Positions 15,829-29,999 are shown, counted from the first letter of the stretch. The stretch: DNA of 64,000 bases from Amoeboaphelidium protococcarum X5 (GCA_023515725.1 JALDTO010000266.1:568708-632707), one strand, 5' to 3'. The notes: generated by a model not told the origin, from the sequence alone. Numbers and translations are program-made.

Positions 15829-16419
15829 TCAATCACAATTCTTGTCAGCATAGCCATCGCGCCAACGTTATCCAACAAGCTGACAATCAAATTGAGGTTT
15901 ACCGAGACGAACATTTACGCGATTGTGCAGTTTACACATGTACTGCTCCAACTCTGAGCGCGTATTAAATTGGGGAGGATGCTTCTGCAGATCACTTTAA
16001 AGATCTTCGGCACACGTGTGACATGGATATATATGCGAGAAGGAGTTTAAAAGCTGTATCACTGACGTTTTATGAGTATCAGTCGGTTCTTCTGGGTAAT
16101 AAGAAGCCATGGTGTGTAGAAGTGTCCATCCTGATCGACCAATCTCTGTGGCATCCGGTGGGCAATCTTTCGCGTAATTATTGGGCAGCTTTTACTAGTC
16201 CTATATGGGTATATTCTCCAAAGAGCCGCGTGTATTTCCATAACGATCATCAGTCTATGACTTGCTAGATTCATGAGAGGTGGAAGTGGAAGTGGAAGCA
16301 GCAGCTTTCATCTACTTGAAGTCAAAGCACGCTCTGCATTTCTTCTTCGCTTTGCCATGTGCTGTCTGCTCTAAACTATTAATATCATTCTGAGCCTCGG
16401 AAGTATAACTCAAAGTCAT
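15829..16419 (-). CDS. ERV1: FAD-linked sulfhydryl oxidase Erv1/ALR
   Basis: N-terminal CRAC, CPPDATEIGRSGWTLLHTMA, YPCHTCA, CKLHNRVNVRLGKP.FDC, RWRDG...CD*. Confidence 0.95.
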
Positions 16420-16643
16420 TACAATCAATCTTTTTATATTCCAACTGTTTACTCTTATTAAATCCAAGTTCAACAAAACTATAAATTTAGCGGTATTTAA
16501 AGCGATCGGCTCATCCGATTCTTTTTGAAATTTTGTTGATCAAATCGACTGTAGTTGCTCTGTATACTGTAAAATCCTGATTCTTGGTATTGTAAGCTTA
16601 GCGGATTTTATAGATATTAAATAGCATTTGCAATATTTTTATT

Positions 16644-18021
16644 ATGGGAGCTGTTCTTGCTTGCTGTGTCGGATAAGCTGCATGCTGTGCGGCTGGCCAA
16701 GTCTTTGTAAGTTGTCTAATTTCAGAACGTAATACTATATTATTGAGTATCAAGTTTCTATCAATGTATATTTTTGTAGAGTTGTCTGTGCTGCAGTTTT
16801 TAGTTCCGTCCAAGTCTGAACACTAGATTATTGTATACTCTCGGGTTTATAATATCGACAGCTGTTGCTTGGTCTTTAGGTAGGTATGGATATCAGATCA
16901 GCGGAGTTACTCTGGATTAGAATTGCGATCGGGACTGTTTTAGTTATCTCGCAGTGGATAGAGTCAGTCTGGCGTCTGTGTTCTATCACACTCTACTCTT
17001 TATAATCACTCTAGGTGTACGAAGTTCTAAAGATCCGCGTGCTTACATTCATAACGGGTAAGACTTTTATTATGTTCTTTTTTGAGGAATCGATTTAGTA
17101 TGTTATGAGTAATGTGAGTACTGTAGATTTTGGCCGATTAAGACAATACTTTGGGCTGGTCTCATTGTCGCATGCTTCTTTATTCCAGCTGATCAACTAA
17201 AGACTTACTGGATCGCGACTTTTGTATTTGCAGCCTTATTCATACTACTCTAAGCGATGATGTTGGTTGACTTTGCCTGGGTGTGGAGTGGTACTTGGGT
17301 TGGCAAATATGAAGACGATTCGGGAAATGCTGCATTCTACTCTGCCCTTTTGGTTACCACCACCTTTTTATTCTATGCTGCAGTACTCGCCATGACAATT
17401 GTATTTTATATCTTCTATGGAGAAGCTGGATGCTCACTTAATTAGTTCTTTATCTCTTTCAATCTCATATTGGCCATTGTGATGACTGTTGTCGGTATTC
17501 TGCCACGCGTGCAAGAGGCCAATCCTAGATCTGGCATTTTCTAGTCTGCCATATTATCCGTGTATACTACCTATCTAGTTGGCAGCGCGATCAGTAGTCA
17601 GCCCGTTAATAAGTGCAGCTCAGCATCTTCATCAAGCTAGCTGTCAAACGGTGTTCTGATCACTGGTGTCGTCTTGACGTTTCTCTCTCTCGGCTACGCT
17701 GCGTTTAATGCTGGAACAAATTCTTCGTCACTGTTTGGCGGCGCCAATGGCGACAATGACGATGAGCCGGAAAGTGAAGAGGATGGCACCACGTACAACT
17801 ATTCCCTCTTCCATTTCATATTTATTCTCGCTGCGATGTACATGGCTGCCGTGCTTACTAACTGGGCAACGTTCAGTGAAGGTTCATCCAGTGTTCTGTT
17901 TGTGGATTACGGCTACACGTCGTCATAGATCAAGATTGGCACGTCGTGGCTCGTTTCAATTCTTTACATTTGGACTCTGGTGGCTCCCGTAGTGTTTCCT
18001 GATAGAGACTTTGGTGCTTGA
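16644..18021 (+). CDS. Serine incorporator (SERINC/Tms1) membrane protein
   Basis: Cys-rich MGAVLACC start; SSKDPRAYIHNG/FWPIK, QEANPRSGI, YNYSLFHFIF, LTNW, APVVFPDRDF; introns 16707-16779 and 17058-17126. Confidence 0.92.
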
Positions 18022-18338
18022 AGTCATATCAATAATATAATACAAATTTGTATACTTGATTAAATAAATAGATTATGTAAAATATGCTAGAGGGTTTTAT
18101 TATACTGCTGATACACGGGCATGCTAGTTTCACATTTTGATGTTTCGTGTTGTTGCTACGAAAGTACCCTTGATCTGATTTAGCATGGTGATGTCTATAA
18201 ATATCACCATGAACCACAATGCACGATCTATATTCAGACTTTAAATGATAATTTAGTTTATTATATCACCTCATAAGCCCTTTTCTATCTGAATACATAA
18301 GTTGAAGTTGAATAATTAACGTAAAAGACCTCACTAAT

Positions 18339-21300
18339 ATGACAGATATCGTCAAGCATCTTACTTAGTATCTTGACTCATTGTCGAAAGAAGGGAAGGA
18401 TATTAATACTTACTTTAACAGTACATAAGGAAGCAATAACAATTTAAATGATCCTCAGCAATCGGTTGACGCAAAGGTGCTGAGAAGCAAGCTGATTCAA
18501 TTTGCCAAGAATATACGTGGTATGGGCAAAGTTTTGGAGCAGTTGATGGCGCAAGATGATGAACTGAGTTAACTTGTTGAACTGATTAACAAAGAGGCTG
18601 AAACATTGGAGGCTGCAATTGCCAAGGCTAGCTCTGATGAAAAATTGATGAGAGCTGCTTCATTCATTATATTCCCACCTTTGATGTCCTTGGCGGCTGC
18701 CGTAAAGTTTTACTTCTCCTCCCGACCTATGTCGACAACTGGTGCAAGTTCTGGCGCAGTGAAATCGTTATCGTCTGCTGTTACTCCAAGTCGAAACAAT
18801 CAACTTAATTATCAACAGCAACAGCAGACAAAAGGGTCATCCAACAATATTGAGATTACCGATTTAGATGCTGATGCAAAGGAATCTATCGTGGATGATA
18901 TTTTGGAATTTGTAAGAGTCTGTCAGAAGTTGGTAACGTACTTGAAGTCTGACGCGTTAGAGCGCACGGTGATACTTGGACATCTAACCAAAATTGTGTT
19001 GTTCATCAAAAAAGTTATGGCAAATGAGAAGCTCACATCAATCATCGGTGATGATTTAATGGCTAATTTTATTCAAGTTGTCAAAGATATACGTTCAATT
19101 GAGAAGAGTGATGAGATTGATCCTTAAATCTTAATCAATCTGTCTGCTTCTCTGATTCCCCTTGCTTCTTCAGTGCGATAGACTGTGAAAAAACTTAGTG
19201 GTCAGGATGACAATCTGGTAAATAGTAATTAAGCTTTGGGTTCTAATGAAGATTTGAAAAGATCAAATACTGCATTCAAATAAGGAAGTATGGCACACTC
19301 GTATTCAGCCGCGTCTTTGAATTAGTCTGGCGTCGACGGTGAATCGAATATGCCGCTAGCCTATAAGCACGATATGTTGATGGGTGACACGATTTTGTTT
19401 GGCCAACAGATTGAGTTCAGTGAGTCCTTGTAAAAATCTTCGTATATCCGTGATAGTTCACCACCGTCTAGTCTTGGGTAAGGTCCGAGTCCTTTGAGTG
19501 CATCCATGTAGCCTCCGGTTTTTGGATCTTCATCAGATAGTACATTCCAGGTAAATAAAAGAAAGTAAACTGCTTTTAGAGGATTTGGCCCTTCAAAGTT
19601 GGATTTTGATTAGAAATAAGTCGCCCAGCCAGCTGTGTCATCTCCACTAGCGCGTTCTAATACTGATGGAGAGATTTAAGTTGCCAAATTGTCTATTGAA
19701 GAGTTCTAAGGAGCAGTACTGAGAAAATCTGGCGACTTGAAGAAGATTTATCCAGTGTCTATAGATATTTAGCCTCCCGGTGAGGTTGGCAGGGCTAAGT
19801 ATGCTGTGGTATTTGAAGTATTTACTACTAAGAGTAAGCAGGATGAGGGTAGTCATACTTTACGCAAATCTGATGTGGAGATCTTTTGGCTTTTGCAAGA
19901 GATCAACAGATTGAATTAGAAGAAGATTGCTCCGTTCACAGAGCTAAGCCAGGGACCTCCTAATGTCGTTGAGGTTAACAGATTCCTCCATGAATGCGTT
20001 TAAATGTTTGAGTACATCAACAGGAATGCGGTCGTACTCAAGTCTACTGCAGTGATTGAGTTCGTTTCTAAAGGGTTGTATAATGTTGGTGATGTGCGCT
20101 AGTTTAGTCCCACGCCATTGCAGTAGGCTAGCATTGCTAAAATTAGCTCTTATGATGGTGGACTATAGAACGTGCTATCGCGTCCTGCGTCTGATATTGA
20201 AGCCACGTTCTTCTGTCCGCACAATTCAACTTCTAATAGATTCAGTGTGTATTAAGTGGATCCCAAAGAGGTTGCGTCTTTGCTTCCTAGCTCCATCTCT
20301 CCTGCATCTAATAGAAATAGCTTCTTCAATGCCAGAAATAGTAAATATTACAGCTCAATGAGGGATTTGCGTGATTTGAAGGCCATGTCAAGCTCTAATT
20401 CGGACGTTTCTGATGGTCGCCAGTCTGCAAAGCGTGATTCTGTTGCCAGTATGTATCGCAACTCGTCCAATGATCAGTTGAACAGCTCTAGATTCAGTAA
20501 TGGTACAGAGAACAGAAGATCGCGACTGTTCTCCAGTGTGAAGAATATGTCGAAATCTAGCTTTAACAAATAAGACTCCTATTAAGAAGGTGGATCATCT
20601 AGTAGCAACATAAGCAAATCCCAAGATACAGGATCCAGTAGCAAGGCTAAGCTGTCTCTTAATCATAAAGATCGCGCTAAAGAAGCTCTGCGATTTATAA
20701 ATTGTGCAGATACTTTTGTCGCGTCAGGGTTTACAAAGTAGGATGAAAGTACTTATGTGCTAGCAAGTGGCGGCAAAGAGTAGATGATAATCAAGGTCGA
20801 AGAAGGCATTCCCCGCATTGATGCTGCAATGCTGGATAATTTAGTTTCTGCTAGTATTACGAATGATCCTCCGACAGATAGCTAATTTATTGAGTGCTTT
20901 TTCCTCACCTACCGCCATTGGATGAAGTCTCATGAGCTCCTGATGAAAGTCATTGAGAGATATAAGCATAGTGCGTAAGATAAACAGGCGCGATCTGAGA
21001 TTGAATAAATGCAGGTCGCGTCTTACGTCTAGAATTGGATCTTACTGTCGTGGGACGATTTCGATCGCGATAAGAACTTGCAGCTTATTCTGGAGAAATT
21101 CATCGATATCATTCGTACGTCAAAGAAAATTGCTCTGATGTCGTCTCAGATTTTGGCCATTTCCGACTAGAAAAAGTAGGAGTTTAAAGCATTAAAGGCA
21201 GATCTGGCGAAAAGAGAAGCTCCGAGCACTGGAATTATATCTAATGTCGGAGTAACCACTTTTATCTCGTTAGATCCTAATGCTTTTGCTGAGCAGCTGA

Positions 21301-22172
21301 CCAAGGTCGAGAGATTGCTCTTTGAGAAGATCAGACCCATTGATTACATTGAGAATTTGTGGTAGAAAGAGAAGACTATAACGGCGATCGACGCGTGGGT
21401 TAATCACTTTAATCAGGTCAGTTATTGGATTGGTACTGAAATTTGCACTACCCCTATTATGAAGAACAGAGTCATGGTGATTGAAAACATCATCAGGATT
21501 ATGAAAGTTTTGAAAGATCTCAGCAACTACAATGCGCTGATGGCTTTTATCTCTGGGTTGAACATGGCGGCGGTGATGCGACTTAAGAAAACCTGGGCCA
21601 ACGTCAATCCAAAGCTGATGCACACTCTCCATGACATTGAGAGGATTATGGACCCGAAGCATAATTATCAGACTTATCGCGATGTCGAGGTGAAGTTACT
21701 CGGTAATCCATTTGTCCCTTTCCTCGGATTGTATCTAAAGGATCTGACTTTCACCAATGATGGTAATCCAAAGACGCTAGCCAATGGACTCATAAACTTT
21801 GGTAAGAATTGGTAGATATTTGAGATCATCAAGAGGATTGAGGCGTTGAAGTAGACACCTTATGTGTTCGCCGAGGATCCTGTTACGTATGACTTTTGTT
21901 CCAAGTTGATAGCACTGCCTGATAAGAGACTTTATGCGTACAGTCTTTTGTGTGAGCCCAGGCCTGAGACTAACCAGTCTGTAGATTCAAGCTCATCGTC
22001 AGGTGGTAATAGCGGTGGTGTTAAAGGTGGAAGCCGCGTTACCTCCAATGACAACGGTTAAGCGTAACCAGCGCCGTCTTTGAAGTAATCCTCTGGGCTT
22101 AAACCTGAGACACAATCAAAGGATGGAAGGCTCATTGATAAATGGCACCATGGTGGAGGCAAGTAAAAGTGA
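18339..22172 (+). CDS. Ras guanine-nucleotide exchange factor (REM + CDC25 domains), ~1277 aa
   Basis: REM FIECFFLTYRHW; CDC25 FAEQLT, FNQVSYWI, NYNALMAFISGL..AVMRLKKTW, PFVPFLGLYLKDLTF..DGNP...INFGK, LYAYSLLCEPR; ATG 18339 and TGA 22170-22172 share the frame. Confidence 0.9.
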
Positions 22173-22278
22173 TTTGAATTTTGTTCGACCTATTTTACAC
22201 CGAGAATAGCCTGACATTGATGAGTGTGATGAGAATAAATCAAAATAAATTACTACTTATCATCAGAGCTCATATCTA

Positions 22279-22776
22279 TCAATAGTACACCACCATCTCA
22301 ATCTCTTTCTTCTTATAGCCGCACTTGGCGTAGAAGCCTTCATTCTTCTCATCGCAGCACAGAATAGCCTTGTAACAACCAGCAGCTTTACCAATAGCCG
22401 TGAGTTGATCAATCAGGCGGCGGCCAAAGTTCTTGCCTCGCATATTATCACTCACCACCACATCCTCGATATGAGCCACCTTGCCGCATTCCCTGATGAA
22501 CTTTTATTCCACCATACAACTTCCGGAGGCTACGATACTCTTAGTAGACAGCTCTTCAATCACAACGACATGATACTCCTTGTTCCGCTGTGCCATATAC
22601 TTGAATGTTTCATCAAATCGCTGCTGTGTCACATCCCCGACCACAGTGAGCTGACTCAACAACTTCATATATCCTTTCCCAAAATCATCAGATCTAAGCG
22701 GTCGGATCGCATATCCATCAGGCAATTCCTTCTAAACTTGATCAAAAACTGAACTTCTTTCAAACAGATCCATCAT
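22279..22776 (-). CDS. GNA1: Glucosamine-6-phosphate N-acetyltransferase, copy A (intronless)
   Basis: IRPLRSDDFGKGYMKLLSQLTVVG, E[Q]KFIRECGKVAHIEDVVV, RGKNFG, GCYKAILCC, FYAKCG. Confidence 0.93.
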
Positions 22777-23049
22777 GATATTGTTAAAAGGATTTTGGAA
22801 GATACCAAGCAATAAAGTCGGGCAGTTTTGAAATGAATAAATATGAGAAGCAAGTCCAAAGAAGTTAAATGTTGTGCTACAATGATCTCAGCATAGAAAC
22901 AACAACACAACACTCTAACGATCAGCGCAACATTTTCTTTCAGAGCTCTTTTTTAACATGAGCATTTACAGTAGATTTTCATCGCAATTTACTTTAATTC
23001 AGTTCTCTTCTTAAAACAACACAAAAATTGCATATTTTAATTAAATATA

Positions 23050-23920
23050 ATGAACAGATTCTTTGGAAGTACTAAAAAGGTCCCTAAGGCGACACTAGGT
23101 GATGCGATATCAACAGTAAGAGTTTTATATATGCCACCCGCCTTATCTGATATAAGATCGACTATTCTAATCTTAATCTGTGATGTAGACTGATAGTAGA
23201 GTAGAGTCAGTGGAGGTTAAAATTAAGCGATTAGATGCCGAACTAATGAAGTATCGCGATTAAATGTCCAAGATGCGAGATGGTCCAGCTAAAGTAAGAT
23301 TATGCAAATTAATTCATTACGTATGATTGATTTTATCGTTTAATCGTATCATGTCTGTAGAATAGTGTAAAATAGAGAGCTATGAAAGTGTTGCAGTAGA
23401 AAAAGTTATATGAAAACTAGCGAGATTAGTTAATGCAATAAGGATTCAATATGGAATAGGCTCAGTTCACTACAGAGAACTTGAAAAACACGATAACCAC
23501 CGTGTAAGCCATGAAGACTGGAATGAAGGAAATGAAGACTTAGTATAAGAAGATTAACATTGATAAAATCGAAAAGATGCAAGACGATATGGCTGACATG
23601 ATGGAGGAAGCCAACGAAATACAGGAGGCTTTAGGCAGGTCATATGGAACGCCTGATGACATTGACGAGGCTGATTTAGAAGCTGGTAAGATTTCATAGT
23701 AGTCGCTTAAATGCTTATATCTTCTTTATGTGTGCTCGTAATTGTAGAGTTGGACGCACTCGGAGAAGAGGTGATGTTTAATGAAGATGAAGTTCCCACG
23801 TACTTGCAGGATGAGCCTGAAATCGGAGGCGCTTTACCCGCCCTGCCTGAAGGTGGAAGCGGCTAGCAGACGGAAGAGCCGCAGAAGGTTGATGAGTTTG
23901 GATTTGTTACAGCGCAGTGA
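23050..23920 (+). CDS. VPS60: ESCRT-III-associated Vps60/CHMP5
   Basis: MNRFFG, MRDGPAK/NSVK[Q]RAMKVL, FNME[Q][35 protein letters not shown]; introns 23116-23188, 23294-23360, 23686-23747. Confidence 0.95.
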
Positions 23921-24109
23921 ATCTCTTGTGTTGTGTTAATTGTGACTGATTTAGATCTTTTGATTCTTGTTTCATATCTTGCCTCTTCTCCTTCCACCGC
24001 GCACTGTATTAACCTATAGTATATCATCTCTGCTTGTGATATTCCAATTAAACTAATATTTCAATATTTCAAGTCAATCTGCAATTACATAGTGGCATTC
24101 AATCATAGT

Positions 24110-24727
24110 ATGACTTAAAATACTTTTTTGACGCATATGTAAAGTGGGAATGGGTCAGTTTAAGCATCTCATATGGTGAACAGATCAATTTACAGCCAGG
24201 AAGACACTATCAATCTAACTGGTGATAATGATGGTGACGAGTCATCCTCAGAAAGCGTGGTTTCAGCAAACGGATTCACAGACAGTGAAGATGAAGAAGT
24301 TCACAAGGATCTGATGGAAGTTGAATCTAAAACGGGCACTCAGTCTGCACAGTAGCCAGATATCAAACCTGACATGGACGTGTATGCAAAGCAATGGCTG
24401 AAGAAGCAGGAAAATGCTGAACGTTTAAAACAAGACGATGCAACTGATAACAATGACGATGCAGCATCCAATGTTATGAGCATTTTCAATCCTCCCGATG
24501 CTGAGCACATCTCAAAGCAGCAGTACCAGGACACCATCAATCGCGTCAGTCAGCTGACTAATCACTCATTGCGCCAAATGCTGAGCCTTATCTCTGAAAC
24601 GGATAAATTTGAATTGGATCTGAAACAGAAAATGGCGACGCGTTACGCTGAAGTCTCCAAGACGCGCGAACAGTGCCAGATTAGAAGAAAGAAGGCGCTC
24701 GAGATATTTGGTCCCATGTTGGGTTGA
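24110..24727 (+). CDS. Hypothetical protein with acidic N-terminus and C-terminal coiled coil (weak resemblance to Ecm11 C-terminal domain)
   Basis: Single frame under table 6 joins track ORFs 24173 and 24374; family resemblance by eye only. Confidence 0.65.
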
Positions 24728-24821
24728 ATTTCAAGTGTGAATGAGACAATGTAGTTGAAGGTGGAAGGTGTCAGTATTGTAAACAAAGTGGAAAATAAAA
24801 TAAAATATTCATGAATTTATT

Positions 24822-26108
24822 TCATTGCCATGCTTATAAAGCTTGAGCCATGCCAACAGGCATAGTTTCTTCAATCTGTACTTCGTCCGAATTTCTAGTT
24901 CTAAACACTGTCACCTCCTGTTACTTGAAGTAGCGTCTATTCTCCTCATCTATCAGCACCAGGTTGAGATAATAGCGCACGGAGAATCTCTTGTTCACGT
25001 CTCTAAAGGTTGGTGTCAAGTTTAGCGGGGACAAGAACAATCTCAGCGGAATAGTCTCACCGCGAATAGGCGCGCCATCCATAATCTCATGCTTCACAAC
25101 AGTTTCATTTTCATTGTATTAATTAGGAGCTACACAAACACATATCAATAAGATCGATGATAAAGTACATCGATGAGTATGTGTAACAATAAATCTTACG
25201 TGCTCCGACAGTCTCGCGTCTTATGATTGACAATTCCATGTGCTTCACTTTAATGCGCACCAGCAGAAAGTAAATCTTGCCAACAATAACATCTCTCATG
25301 TTGTATTTAGACTTGTTATATTCAAATTCAATATGCAAACAGTCCTCAATACCAACCTCCATTCTAATAGAATCATTAACCTGAGGCGGTATTTTATAAT
25401 TGTACACCCAGACATCCTTCTCATTTATAATGTCCGACAATCTTCTACTGATCGTGACTCTGACCATATATCTACACAAAGTACATCACGCACGTTATTC
25501 ACATAAAGTCGACTACCAAAATAAATAGCAAAGACATACCGTAAGCGAGCATTAATACCCCTATAGCACTCGTACTACTTCTCCACATTTCTAAACTCAA
25601 AATCATAATTGACGGTATGTCTCAGTTCTCCAGGTGCAGCCAACTCATTTCTCAAAGTTAAAAATTCATTATGGTTTCCGCGGTCATTGAATAGTTCTAC
25701 ATACTAAGCACTTATACTGTATGGCTTCTTAGAGACAATAAAATACAATAATTATCTCACCTATTTAGCCGACAAATTCGCACTTGATCCCGTTATGCTC
25801 CACCTTCTTGCCATCTTTCGCCTTTATAAGAATCTTGCCTTTTACTGGCTCTCCATCAAAATACAGTGGGAACAATTCAGTCTTCTACTCTGCCTTGTCC
25901 AGTGACATGGTGCTGCCATTCTTCATCTCTGAGCGAGACAATCTCAACGGAACGGCAATCTTCTTCCTCTAGTCTTCATTATTCAGAGTGATTTGAATAT
26001 CCACCGAGGGAGCGCCCAAACCAAGCAATGACTACATACGTTGATCGGATACACCAAATTAGTTTAGAATATAAATTTAAATGATAAGCCTACAGAAACC
26101 GCGTTCAT
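24822..26108 (-). CDS. VPS26: Retromer subunit Vps26
   Basis: [76 protein letters not shown][TAA=Q]QE; four introns, all ending TGTAG. Confidence 0.96.
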
Positions 26109-26781
26109 TAGCTTATAATTGAATAGCTACTTGACAATACAACTGTTATGTCTATCGAGAGCGACAACAGAAGAGAAGGAACAATCGAGGTAAGTCGACT
26201 CAAGAAAGCGACGCGGTAATTGAAAGGAAAGTTTCAGTCGAAGGGCGACTGAACGTCAGATACTTCGACATGTATTTAAGAGAGTCAAGGATCCGCTACC
26301 TTAAGCACTTTTCATAATGATACGCGTCAACAATATACCGGTAGACATATGTGATTACTTGGTTATATATAGCGAAAAAAGACATGTCCTGAATAGTGAG
26401 CGACTGATTGTTAGAATCTTTGAGTCCAAAGTACCTCAAAACTATAATCAGCAACAAGTCCTAAATAAAATACTGGGAATTGTGACCCTTGCATTGTAAA
26501 GAGAATGTGAAACAGTAATAAATGACGCGTGCAGTATAATGGTTTGAAGCGTCAAGTAAAGTAAATTGAGCCGCGTTCCAGTTTGTATTTGTTTCAACTT
26601 TTATCCATTTCATCGACTCGTTCAGGAAAACGACCAAGATCCATCTGGGAAAGAGGCAAAACAAAACCCGTTCGCCCATCGTTCGGCTGCTATTCTGTTT
26701 TTAAATCGTAATTTAGTGCTGGTATTTATTGAGCTGCTGTTGTATTTAGTATATCTGTCCTCTATCCTGTATTTGCTCAGT

Positions 26782-28610
26782 ATGACTGTCCATCAGCACA
26801 AGAGAAGAAAGACTGCTGGTGATGAGCCCTCGGTTGATTCAAGTGCAATGTTTCAACATCATGTCACTTATGCTTCTCAAAATCTATCCTCTCTATAACC
26901 ATAGTTCTCTTAGTAGCAGAATGCTCTGAATAAATGCGTCTTGTTTCCCTCACCATCCTAATAGATTTTCCTATTTGGTGGCAACAAGACCACAATGTCT
27001 CCCTCCTCTTCCGTCGCCTCGTCCGTATAATCATCATATCATCATGATGTCCATTCATTTATTTCTGGGTTCATGCAGCTGACTGACTAGTAGAAAGATG
27101 CTCTTCTCAATACTCTCGTATCAAGACATTGCAGTATCAGACAACTCTCTCTTCTGGCTAATATCACCCTCCCTCGTCTGCGTGTGGATATTATCGGCCA
27201 GCTTCCTCACGAGCTGGCTCTTCATGTTTTGTCGTTTTTGCCGATCGAGAGCGCGTGTCAGTTGTTGCAATGCTCTCGCCTTCATCAATCTATCACTGAA
27301 GATGATCACTTCTGGAAATAGATGTGTATCAAATATGGATACATGGCTAACAAAAGTCAGGATGTTCAGTGCTCTTAAATGTCCTCCTAGAATAGTTCGC
27401 TATCGGATTTGACGTGTATGGTCCCACTTACTCCAGTCTCTGCTCGAAGTAAAGCCTCAATTGACACTTATCTCATGGATATTGACACTGTTGGTGTATA
27501 AAAGTCATTTAAGAACTAGTTTATATCCGAATACACTCTTAACCAAAACTGGAATAAAGGACATTGTGCACACATTAGCTAGGAAGGCACGAAATCTGCT
27601 ATAGTTACTTGTCTTCAGATTCAAGGCTAATACTTGGCTGTTGCCACTGATAACTCTGCCTTCGGTCTCGTCGAGGTATACGATCTCTCCTCAGGTAAAA
27701 GAATACGCAGATTTACAGGCCATGATGGTGGCGTTTGGGCCATGGAATTTAGAAATAATATCCTGGTGTCTGGTGGCTGTGACAGAGATCTCAGAGTGTG
27801 GGACATCAGATCTAGTACTTGTCGGTTGAGGCTCTCCGGTCACACTTCTACCATACGCTGTCTCAAGATGCTGTATGAGAGCAGATGCGTTACTGGATCC
27901 AGAGATAACACTCTTCGTGTATGGGATATTCTCAACGGCGAATGCCTACATGTACTACGCGGCCATACTGGAAGTATCCGCTGCCTCTCTGTTCAAGATA
28001 ATTTAGTCCTGTCTGGATCGTATGATAATAATTTGCGCTTGTGGGACCTTCAATCTGGTCAATGTGTGCGCGAGTTTAGTGGACATGAACAGTAGATTTA
28101 CTCTGTGTGCTTTGATGGAAGATTTGCATGCTCTGGATCATTGGATGCTTCTGTGCGGGTCTGGGACTCAAAGACTGGCTCCTGTCTGGCTGTACTTGAA
28201 GGTCATGATTCCTTGGTGGGTCACATGTAACTGAAAGATGGTGTATTAGTTACTGGAGGATCTGATGGATATATCTTTGTTTGGGACATGCGCACAATGG
28301 AGTGCAAATACCGTCTGGAAGCTCATGCCAACAGTGTGACTTCATTGCAGTTTCAGGGAGACAGACTGGTCTCAGGTGGAGATGACGGCGTTAAAATATG
28401 GTAAGTTTATTTTCTGTATAAGTACGTTACATTTCATAATGTATAACTAATTCAATTACGCGTAGGGATCTGAAAACTGGCAAATTGATCAGGACTTTAT
28501 TAGAGGATACGACTGGGATTTGGAGACTGGCCATTGACAAGACGCGACTAGTTACCGCCATACAAAAAGGAAGCACAACAACTATTGAAATGATGGACTT
28601 TTCAAGATGA
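26782..28610 (+). CDS. F-box/WD40 protein (Cdc4/FBXW7/Sel-10-like)
   Basis: F-box DIIGQLPHELALHVLSFL...WK[Q]MC; WD repeats GHDGGVWA, GHTSTIRCL..TGSRDNTLRVWD, GHTGSIRCL; intron 28401-28465. Confidence 0.9.
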
Positions 28611-28809
28611 TCAATGATGATGAGAATATTATGAATGATTTCACTTTAGTTATAATTAATTCTTTGTGGTGCGTACTTCTATTGATAACGGACTGAAATT
28701 GTAAAGGGACACTCAGTTTATATACTGTGCTTGGTACATACAAAGGCTTGTTTGTCAAAATGCATAATTTACCAATCGCAGATCTGAAAACAAAGCAATC
28801 ATTCATATT

Positions 28810-29030
28810 TCATTTCCTTATTTCACGGATGACGGCTGCTAATGCCTCTGGATTGACACCAGACTGTAAAAGTTTGATACAAATCGCCAATGCTTCATCT
28901 CCCAAACCAGTTCCTAGAATTTCAGACATTCTCTTTATTACTACACTAGATTATTACATTGATTCTGAAAATACAAATGACTCAATTGCTTACTTTAAGT
29001 AGGATCAACCGAGTCGTTAAAAGAATCCAT
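28810..29030 (-). CDS. MZT1: Mitotic-spindle organizing protein 1 (MOZART1/Mzt1), 55 aa; absent from the ORF track
   Basis: Intron 28941-28993; MSEILGTGLGDEALAICIKLLQSGVNPEALAAVIREIRK* matches the MOZART1 pattern (ILNTGL..LSIC..L.E.G.NPEAL..VIKELRK). Confidence 0.92.
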
Positions 29031-29271
29031 TATCAAAAATCGTAATGTATTACGGTAAGAAAGGAGAATAATGAGATATTCATGTACTGTATTCCAGAAA
29101 AGAAGTCTGAGATCTGAGCTGTTTGCAAGAGGCGCGCCTAGAGAACGTTATATTCTCGCTCCAACTCTTCTTTTTGGCTCTCATTCTCAGTCTTCTCACT
29201 CAAACAATTTTTCCCATCTACAATCGGAAGTCTGTAATTTCATTGAAACAATCACTAAAAAGTACTAGAAA

Positions 29272-29999
29272 ATGGATTTGTTTTCAACAAAGTTCATATC
29301 TGACCAAGTACAAAGTTAACTGCCTACTGGCTTCAAGTTGCGTCCTTTAAAATCTGATGATTATCACAGAGGATTCCTGACTGCGCTATCTCATCTGACC
29401 ACTGTTGGCGATCTGACTGAGGCGTAATTTCTGGACAGATTCCACTATCTGAAAGCTCACAATTACGAGTATTTTACCGTTGTAATTGAAGATACAAAGA
29501 AGAATATAATTGCCGCTTCTGGCACTTGGTAAAATTAGTGTTAACTTTGAGTTCTTTACATGTATATATTTTACAAAATGAATTTTCTGTAGTATCGTTG
29601 AGAGAAAGTTTGTCCATCAGAACGGTCTTGTCGCGCACTTGGAGGATGTTGTGGTGCATAAGGAATACCGCAGTCTGAAGTTTGGTCTGTACATTATCGA
29701 GGCTTTGAAGTATGTTGGAAAGTAGAACAGCTGTTACAAAATTATCCTGGACTGCAGTGAAAAGAATGTTCCATTTGTAAGTGTTAATTTAATGATATCT
29801 ATTTTTCATGTTACGCACCTATGATGTATGAACAGTATTGATATCTTTGTAGTATGAAAAATGCGGATTGTAAGATTTTTATCAAACTTATATAAGACGA
29901 TTTCATCGCCTATAATTATCCTAAATGAAATGTAGCAAAGCTAAGGAAATTGAAATGGTAATGTACTTGGAGGATCAGAGTAACAAGGCAAAGTTATGA
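29272..29999 (+). CDS. GNA1: Glucosamine-6-phosphate N-acetyltransferase, copy B (3 introns, C-terminal -AKL)
   Basis: LRPLKSDDYHRGFL..LSHLTTVG, VERKFVH..GLVAHLEDVVV, CYKIILDC, FYEKCGF; introns 29529-29592, 29777-29852, 29870-29935; ends SNKAKL*. Confidence 0.9.

Noticed and set aside
26317-26547. Possible 76-aa ORF between VPS26 and the F-box gene
   Set aside because: No motif; it lies in a divergent promoter with two ACGCGT boxes, and short TGA-free frames are common when only one stop codon exists.
28727-29268. Plus-strand ORFs as an N-terminal extension of GNA1 copy B
   Set aside because: The region is occupied by MZT1 on the minus strand, and GNA1-B has its own ATG (MDLF) matching copy A's start.
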